In this document: positions 56,350 to 64,000 of the stretch, piece after piece
Position numbering within the stretch: position 1 is the first letter of the stretch
How the letters are laid out: each line of letters starts with the position of its first letter
DNA from: the human T2T-CHM13v2.0 reference genome, Homo sapiens
Direction: 5' to 3'
Assembly: GCA_009914755.4 (NCBI GenBank)
Contig: CP068257.2
Coordinates: 10,400,001 to 10,464,000, forward strand
Length of the DNA stretch: 64,000 bases
Notes under the pieces: generated by a model
What the model saw: only the letters and a program-made list of their open reading frames with translations
Database searches by the model: none
Told to the model about the DNA's origin: nothing
Made by a program: the position numbers and the translations under genes

Positions 56350-57000
56350 CTCGAACGGAATCGAATGGCATGGACTCGAATGGAATAGAATGGAATGGAA
56401 TCGAATGGAAGGGATTGGAATGAAATGGACTCGAATGGGTTGGAATGGAAAGGACTCGAATGGAATGGAATGCAATCGACTCAAATGGAATAGAATGGGA
56501 TGGACTCGACTGGTATGGACTGGAATGGAATGGACTCGAATGGAATGGAAAGTAACGGAATGGAATGGAAAGAAATGGACTCGAATGGAATGGAATGGGA
56601 TGGAATGGACCCAAATGGAATGGAGAGGATTTGAATTGAATGGAATGCAATGGAATGGACTCGAATGGAATGCAATTGTATTGAATGGAATCGAAAGGAA
56701 TGGAATGGATTGGACTTGAATGGAACGTACTCGAATGGAATGGAATGGAATGGACTCGAATTGAAAGGAATGGACTCGAATGGAATGGAATGGAATAGAC
56801 GCAAATGGAATAGAATGTAATGGAATGGACTCGAATGGAATGGAATGGAATGGAATGGACTCGAATAGAATGGAATGGAGTGGAACCGAGTGGAATGGAA
56901 TGGATTGGAATGGACACGAATGTCATGGAATGGACGCCAATTGAATGGACGCCAATAGAATGGAATGGAATGGAATGGAATGGAATGGAATGGAATGGAC
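56350..57000 (+). repeat. Partner copy of the 52700-53350 segment
   Basis: See the previous feature. Same ordered markers at +3618 to +3644 bp. Confidence 0.8.
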
Positions 57001-57556
57001 TCGAAAGGAATGGAACAGAATTGAATGGACTCGAAAAGAATGGAATGGAATGCAATGGAATACACTCAAATGGAATGGATTGGAATACACTCGAATGGAA
57101 TGGAATGTGAAGGAATGAACTCGAATGGAATGCAATGGAATTGACTCTAATGGAATTGAAAGGAATGGACCAGAATAGAATGGAATGATATGGAATGGAA
57201 TGGAATTGAATGGAGTGGAATATACTCGAATGGAATGGAAAGGAATGGAATGGATTCGAACGGAATGGAATGGAATGGACTCGAGTGGAATGGAATGGAT
57301 TCGAATGGAATAGAATGGAATGGACTCGAAAGAAATGGTTTGGAATCAAATGGAATCGAATGAAATGGAATGGAATGGACTCAAATGGACTTGAATGGAA
57401 TGGAATGGACCCAAATGGAATGGAAAGGAATTGAATGGAATGGAATGGAATGGAATGGAATGGAATGGAATGGAATGGAATGGATTGGACTGGAATGGAA
57501 TGTAATGAAATGCAATGAAATGGACCTAAATGGAATAGAATGAAATGGAATTGCAT

Positions 57557-57830
57557 GGACTCGAAGGGAATGGAATGCAATGGATTTGAATGGAATGGAA
57601 TGGACTCCAAAAGGAATAGGACGGAATTTATTGGAATGGAATCTAAAGTAATGGAATCTAATGGAATGGACTAGAAAGGAATGTAATGGAATGGACTCGA
57701 AAGGAATGGAATGCAATGGATTTGAATGGAATGGAATGGACTCCAAAAGGAACAGGATGGAATTTATTGGAATGGAATCTAAAGTAATGGAATCTAATGG
57801 AATGGACTCGAAAGGAATGTAATGGAATGT
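57557..57830 (+). repeat. 2 x 136 bp tandem duplication
   Basis: GGACTCGAA(G/A)GGAATGGAATGCAATGGATTTGAATGGAATGGAATGGACTCCAAAAGGAA(T/C)AGGA(C/T)GGAATTTATTGGAATGGAATCTAAAGTAATGGAATCTAATGGAATGGACT(A/C)GAAAGGAATGTAATGGAAT at 57557 and 57693. Confidence 0.9.
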
Positions 57831-58999
57831 ACTCGAAAGAATGGAATGCAATGGAATGGAATGGAGTCGAATGGAATGGAATGGACTCGAAAGGAATGGA
57901 ATGGATTGGAATGGAGTGGAAAGGACTCGAATGGAATGCAATGACCTGGACTGGAAAGGAATGGAATGGAATTGAATGGAATAAAAAAATGGAATGGAAT
58001 GGAATGGAACGGACACAAATTGAATGGAATGGAATAGACTCTAATGGAATGGAATGCAATGGAATGGACTCAAATGGAATTGAGTGGAATGGACTCGAGT
58101 GGAATAGAATGTAATGGACTCAAATGGAATGGTGTGGAATGGAATGGCTTGAAAGAAATGGATTGGAATGGACTCGAATGGAATGGCATAGAATGGACCT
58201 GAATGGAATGGAATGGAATGGAATGGACTCGAATGGAATGGCATAGAATGGACCTGAATGGAATGGAATGGAATGGAATGGAATGGAATGGAATGGAATG
58301 GACTCGAATAGAATGGAAAGGAATTGAATGGAATGGACTCGAATGGAATACAACGGAATTAAATGGAATGGGCTCTAACGGAATGAAATGGTGTGGACTC
58401 GGATGGAATGAAGTGGACTGGACAAGAGTGGAATGCTATGCAATGTAATGGATTCAAATTTAAAGGATTTGAATGGACTAGAATGGAATGGAATGGAATG
58501 GAATGGAATGGAATGGAATGGAATGGAATGGATTCGAAGGCATTGGAATGAAAAGCAATGGAATGGACTCGAATGGAATGGAATGGAATGGACTCGAATG
58601 GAATTGAATGGATTGGAAATTAGTGTAATGTAATGGAAAGGAATGGACTCGAATGGAATGGAATTGAATGGACTCGAATGTTATGGAATGGAATGGAATG
58701 GATTCGAATGGATTTTAATGGAATGGACTCGAATTGAATCGTCTTGATTGGAATGGAATGGAATGGACTCAAAAGGAACAGCATGGAATGGAAAGGACTC
58801 AAATGCTTGGAATGCAATGGAATAGCATGCAATGGAATGGATCCAAATGGAATAGAATAGAATGCATGGGAATGGAATGGAATGGAATGAAATGAAATAG
58901 AATGGAACGGAATGGACTCGAATGGAATGGAATGGAATGCAATGGAAGGGACTTGAATGGAATGGACTACAATGGACTCGAATGGAATGGAATGCAATG

Positions 59000-61900
59000 G
59001 AATGGACTCGAATGGAATGGAATGGAATGAGCTCAAGCGGAATGTAATGGTATGGAATGGAGATGAATGGAATGGAATGGAATGGAATGGAATTGCTTTG
59101 AATGGAAGGGACTCTAATGGAATGGAATGGAATGGAATCAAATGGAATCACACGGAATTGAATGGATTCAAATTCAATGGAATGGAATGGAATCGAAAGG
59201 AATAGAGTGCGCTCAAACAGAAAAGAATGGAATGGAATGGAATGGAATGGAATGGAATGGAATGGAATGGAATGGATTCGAATGGAATGGAATGGAATGG
59301 ACTTGAATGGAGAAGAATGGAATGGACTGCATTGAAATGGACTGGAATGTAACGGACTAGAATGGAATGGAGTGGAATGGACTTGAATGAAATGGAATGG
59401 AATCCAATGGACTTGTTTGGAAAAGAATTGAATGGAATGAAATGGACTCAAAAGTAATGGAATGGAATGGACTCTAGTGGAATGGAATGGACAGGAATGG
59501 AAAGGAATGGAATAGAATGGACTCAAATGGAATACAATGGAATTTAATGGAATGGACTCTAATTTAATGGAATGGAATGGACTCGAATGGAATAGAATGG
59601 AGTGGATGACAATGGAATGGAATGCAATGGAATGGACTCAAATGGAATGGACTCGAATGAAATGGAATGGAATCGAATGGTCTCAAAAGGAATCGAATGG
59701 AATGCAATGGAATGGACTCGAATGGAATGGACTCGAATGGAATGGAATGGAATTGAATGGTCTCAAATGGAATGGAATGGAATGCAATGGAATGGACACG
59801 AATGCAATGGAATGGAATGGACTGGAATGGAATGGAATGGAATGGACTTGATTGGAATGGAATGAAATGGAATGGAATGGACTTGAATGGAATAGAATGG
59901 AATGGAATGAAATGGACTCGATGAGAATGGAATGGAATGGATTTGAATGGAATGGAATGGACTCAAAAGGAGTGGAATGGAATCTAAAGGAATGAAATCA
60001 AATAGAATGGACTCAAATTGAATAGTATGGAATGGACTCGAATGGAATGCAATGCAATGAAATGGATTCGAATGGAATGGACTCGAATGGAATACAAAGT
60101 AATGTATTAGAATGGAATGGAAAGGAATTGAAAGGAAGTGAAAGGAATGGAATGGAATGCAATGGAATGGACTCGAATGGAATGGTATGCAATGGACTCA
60201 ATGGAATGGAATGCAACGGAGTGGACGTGTATGGAATTGAATGGAATTGACTGGAAAGCAATTGAATGAAATGGATCCGAAAGGAATGGAATGGAATGAG
60301 CTCATATGGAATGGAATGGTATGGAATGGAGATGAATGGAATGAGATGGAATGGAATGGAAAAGAATGGACAGAAATGGAATTGCTTTGAATGAAACGGA
60401 CTCTAACGGAATGGAATGGAATGACTCAAATGGAATAGCATGGAATAGAATGGATTCAAATGCCAAGGAATGGAATGGAATTGAAAGGAATGGAGTGGAC
60501 TCAAGCAGAATAGAATGTAATGGAATGGACCAAATGGAATAGAATGGAAAGGAATGGAATCGAAAGGAGTAGAATGGAACGGACTCGTATGGAATAGAGT
60601 GGAATGTAACAGACTAGAATGGAATGGAGTGGAATGGACTTGAATGGAATGGAATGGAATCTAATGGACTTGATTGGAAAAGAATTGAATGGAATGGAAT
60701 GGACTCAAAAGTAATGGAATGCAATGGACTCAAATGGAATGGAATGGACACGAATGGAAAAAAAAATGGAATGGTATGGACTCGAATGGAATACAATGGA
60801 ATTTAATGGAATGGACTCTAATGGAATGGACTCGAATGGAATAGAATGCAATGGATGTCAATGGAATGGAATGCAATGGAATGGACTCGAATGGAATGGA
60901 TTTGAATGAAAAGGAATGCAATTGAATGGTCTAGAAAGCAATGGAATGGAATGCAATGGAATGGACTCGAATGAAATGGAATGGAATGGACTGGAATGGA
61001 ATGTAATGAAATGGAATGGAAGGGACTTGAATGGAATAGAATGGAATGGAATGGAATGGACTTGATGGGAATGGAATGGAATGGATTTGAATGGAATGGA
61101 ATGGACTCAAAAGGAATGGAATGGAATTTAAAGGAATGGAATCTAAAAAAATGGAATGTAATGGAATGGACTCGAATGGAATAGAATGGAATGGACTTGA
61201 ATGGAATGGAATGCAATGGAATGGATTCGAATGGAATGGACTCGAATGGATTAGAATGTAATGTATTCGAATGGAATTTAATGGAATTGAATGGACTCGA
61301 AAGGAACGGAATGGAATGCAATGGAATGGACACGAATGGAATGGAATGGAGTGCAATGGAATGTAATGGAATGGACTTGATTGGAATGTAATGAAATGGA
61401 AAGTAATGGACTTGAATGGAATAGAATGGAATGGAATGGAATGGACTCGATGGGAATGAAATGGAATGGATTCAAAAGGAGTGGAATGAAATCTAAAGAA
61501 ATGGAATCTAATGGAATGGACTCGAACTGAATAATATGGAATGGACTCGAATGGAATGGAATGCAATGAAATGGATTCGAATGGAATGGACTCGAATGGA
61601 ATAGAATGTAATGTATTAGAATGGAATGGAAAGGAATTGAAAGGAAGCGAAAGGAATGGAATGGAATGGAATGGAATGGAATGGACTCGAATGGAAAGGT
61701 ATGCTATGGATTCGATGGAATGGAATGCAACGGAATGGATGTGTATGGAATTGAATGGAATTGACTGGAAAGCAATTCAATGGAATGGACCGAATGGAAT
61801 GGAATGGAATGGAATGAGCTCAAATGGAATGAATTGGTATGGAATGGAGACAAATGGAATGGGATGGAAAGTAATGGAACGGAATGGACTGGAATGGAAT

Positions 61901-64000
61901 TGCTTTGAATGAAAGGAACTCTAATGGAATGGAATGGAATGGACTCAAATGGAATAGAATGGAATGGAATGGAATCGAAAGGAGTAGAATGGAATGGACT
62001 TTTATGGAATGGAGAGGAATGTAACGGACTAGAGTGGAATGGAGTGGAATGGACTTGAATGGAATAGAATGGAATCTAATGGACTTGATTGGAAAAGAAT
62101 TGAATGGAATGGAATGGACTCAAAAGTAATGGAATGCAATGGACTCAAGTGGAATGGAATGGACATGAATGGAAAAAAATGGAATAGAATGGACTCGAAT
62201 GGAATACTATGGAATTTAATGGAATGGACTCAAATGGAATACAATGGAATGGATGTCAATGGAATGGAATGCAATGGAATGGACTCAATTGAAATGGAAT
62301 GGGATTGAATGGTCTCGAAAGGAATAGAATGGAATGCAATGGAATGGACTCGAATGGAATGGAATGGAATGGAATGAAATGTAATGGAATGGACTTGAAT
62401 GGAATAGAATGTAATGTAATGGAATGGACTCGAAGGGATTGGAATGGAATGGATTTGAATGGAATAGAATGGAATCAAAAGGAATGGAATGGAATTTAAT
62501 TGAATGGAATCTAAAGGAATGGAATGTAATAGAATGGACTCGAATGGAATAGAATGGAATGGACTTGAATGGAATGGAATGCAATAGAATGGATTCGAAT
62601 GGAATGGACTCGAATGGATTAGAATGTAATGTATTTGAATGGAATTTAATGGAATTGAAAGGACTCGAAAGGAATGGAATGGAATGCAATGGAATGGACT
62701 CTAATGGAATAGAAGGCAATGGATGACAATGGAATGGAATGCAATGGAATGGACTCGAATGGAATAGAATGCAATGGATGACAATGGAATTGAATGCAAT
62801 GGAATGGACTCGAATGGAATGGAATGGAGTGGACTGGAATGCAATGGAATGGAATGGACTTCATTGGAATGTAATGAGATGGAAAGGAATGGACTTGAAT
62901 GGAATAGAATGGAATGGAATGAAATGGACTGGATGGGAATGGAATGGAATGAATTTGAATGGAATGGAATGGACTCGAAAGGAGTGGAATGGAATCTAAA
63001 GGAAATGAATCTAATGGAATGGACTCGAATGGAATAGTATGGAATGGACTCAAATGAAATGGAATGCAATGAAATGGATTCGAATGGAATGGACTCGAAT
63101 GGAATAGAATGTAATGTATTAGAATGGAATGGAAAGGAATTGAAAGGAATCGAAAGGAATGGAAAGGAATGCAATGGAATGGATTCAAATTGAATGGTAT
63201 GCAATGGGCTCGATGGAATGGAATGCAACGGAATAGACGTGTATGGCATTGAATGGAATTGACTGGAAAGCAATTGAATGGAATGGACACGAATGGATTG
63301 GAATGGGATGGAATGAGCTCAAATGGAATGGAATGGTATGGAATGGAGACGAATGGAATGGGATGGAAAGTAATGGAACGGAATGGACTGGAATGGAATT
63401 GCTTTGAATGAAAGGAACTCTAATGGAATGGAATGGAATGGACTCAAATGGAATAGCATGGAATTGAATGGATTTGAATGCCATGGAATGGAATGGAATT
63501 GAAAGGAATGGAGTGCCCTCAAACAGAATGGAAGGGAATGGAACGGACTCAAATGGAAGGGAATGGAATGGTCTCAAATGGAATAGAATGGAATGGAATG
63601 GAACCAAAAGGAGTAGAATGGAAGGGACTCGTATGGAATGGAGTGGAATGAAATGGACTAGAATGGAATGGAGTGGAATAGACTTGAATGGAATGGAAAG
63701 GAATCTAATGGACTTGATTGGAAAAGAATTGAATGGAATGGAATGGACACAAAAGTAATGGAATGCAATGGAATTGAGTGGAATGGAATGGACATGAATA
63801 AAAAAATGGAATAGAATAGACTCGAATGGAATCCAATGGAATTTAATGGAATGGACTCTAATGGAATGGAATGGAATTGAATCAAATGGAATAGAAAGGA
63901 AAGGATGTCAATGGAATGGAATGAAATGGAATGAACTCAAAAGAAATGGAATGGAATTGAATGGTATCTAAAGGAATGGAATGTAATGCAGTGGAATGGA
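59000..64000 (+). repeat. Higher-order repeat, about 1.5 kb period, at least 3 copies, running off the window end
   Basis: GACGTGTATGGAATTGAATGGAATTGACTGGAAAGCAATTGAATG recurs at 60222, 61737, 63236 (spacings 1515 and 1499). GAATGAGCTCAAATGG-type recurs at ~59030, 60298, 61815, 63314. GGAATTGCTTTGAATG recurs at 59093, 60381, 61900, 63398. ORFs 60032+ and 61541+ have near-identical translations. Confidence 0.75.

Larger units (their letters stand above)
44232..64000 (+). repeat. Satellite domain B continued (HSat3-like) after the L1 insertion
   Basis: Same motif composition as 26.5-43.6 kb (AATGGACTCGAATGG; CAACTCGAGTG at ~44530). Pentamer phase and orientation unchanged across the insertion. 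Confidence 0.85.

Noticed and set aside
1-64000. CRISPR array or prokaryotic defence-island interpretation (regular short repeats)
   Set aside because: Repeat unit is 5 bp with no unique spacers. The L1 element and HSat3 motifs place this firmly in a primate genome.
1-64000. Alpha-satellite / centromeric 171-bp higher-order repeat
   Set aside because: No 171-bp periodicity and no CENP-B-box-like motif. The base unit is pentameric GGAAT.
1-64000. Telomeric (TTAGGG)n or interstitial telomere repeats
   Set aside because: None seen. No GGGTTA/TAACCC hexamer runs.

Overview
The whole 64 kb window is human classical pentameric satellite DNA, with the purine-rich GGAAT/AATGG strand on + throughout. 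It contains recurrent CAACYCGAGTG and AATGGACTCGAATGG variant motifs, which fit HSat3-type (GGAAT)n satellite. It is not HSat2 (no ATCATCATCGAATGG-type units), not alpha satellite (no 171-bp period), and not prokaryotic. There is no credible protein-coding gene, RNA gene or CRISPR array. Every entry in the supplied six-frame ORF track except one is a translation of the 5-bp repeat: MEWNG/EWSGV-type proteins on + and HSIPF/HSTPL-type on -, with 15-nt = 5-aa periodicity. The single exception is the C-terminal fragment of LINE-1 ORF2. The window has two satellite domains with a sharp junction near 26.5 kb. Domain A (1-26.5 kb) alternates GGAAT/CGAAT/CAAAT blocks with GGAGT/AGTGG blocks, switching at a recurrent AATGCGGTGAAGTGGAGTGG motif. 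Domain B (26.5-64 kb) is rich in ACTCGAATGG CpG-containing variants and shows kb-scale higher-order repeats: about 3.4-3.6 kb at 26.6-37.6 kb and about 1.5 kb at 59-64 kb, plus several clean local tandem duplications. The only non-satellite sequence is a 5'-truncated LINE-1 3' end (about 640 bp, antisense, with poly-A tail) inserted at 43,591-44,231. I do not see evidence of a novel biological system. The interesting content is satellite architecture (subfamily junction, higher-order repeats, duplications) and the L1 insertion as a unique anchor. Family and subfamily assignments rest on my reading and recall of consensus sequences, not on database searches.
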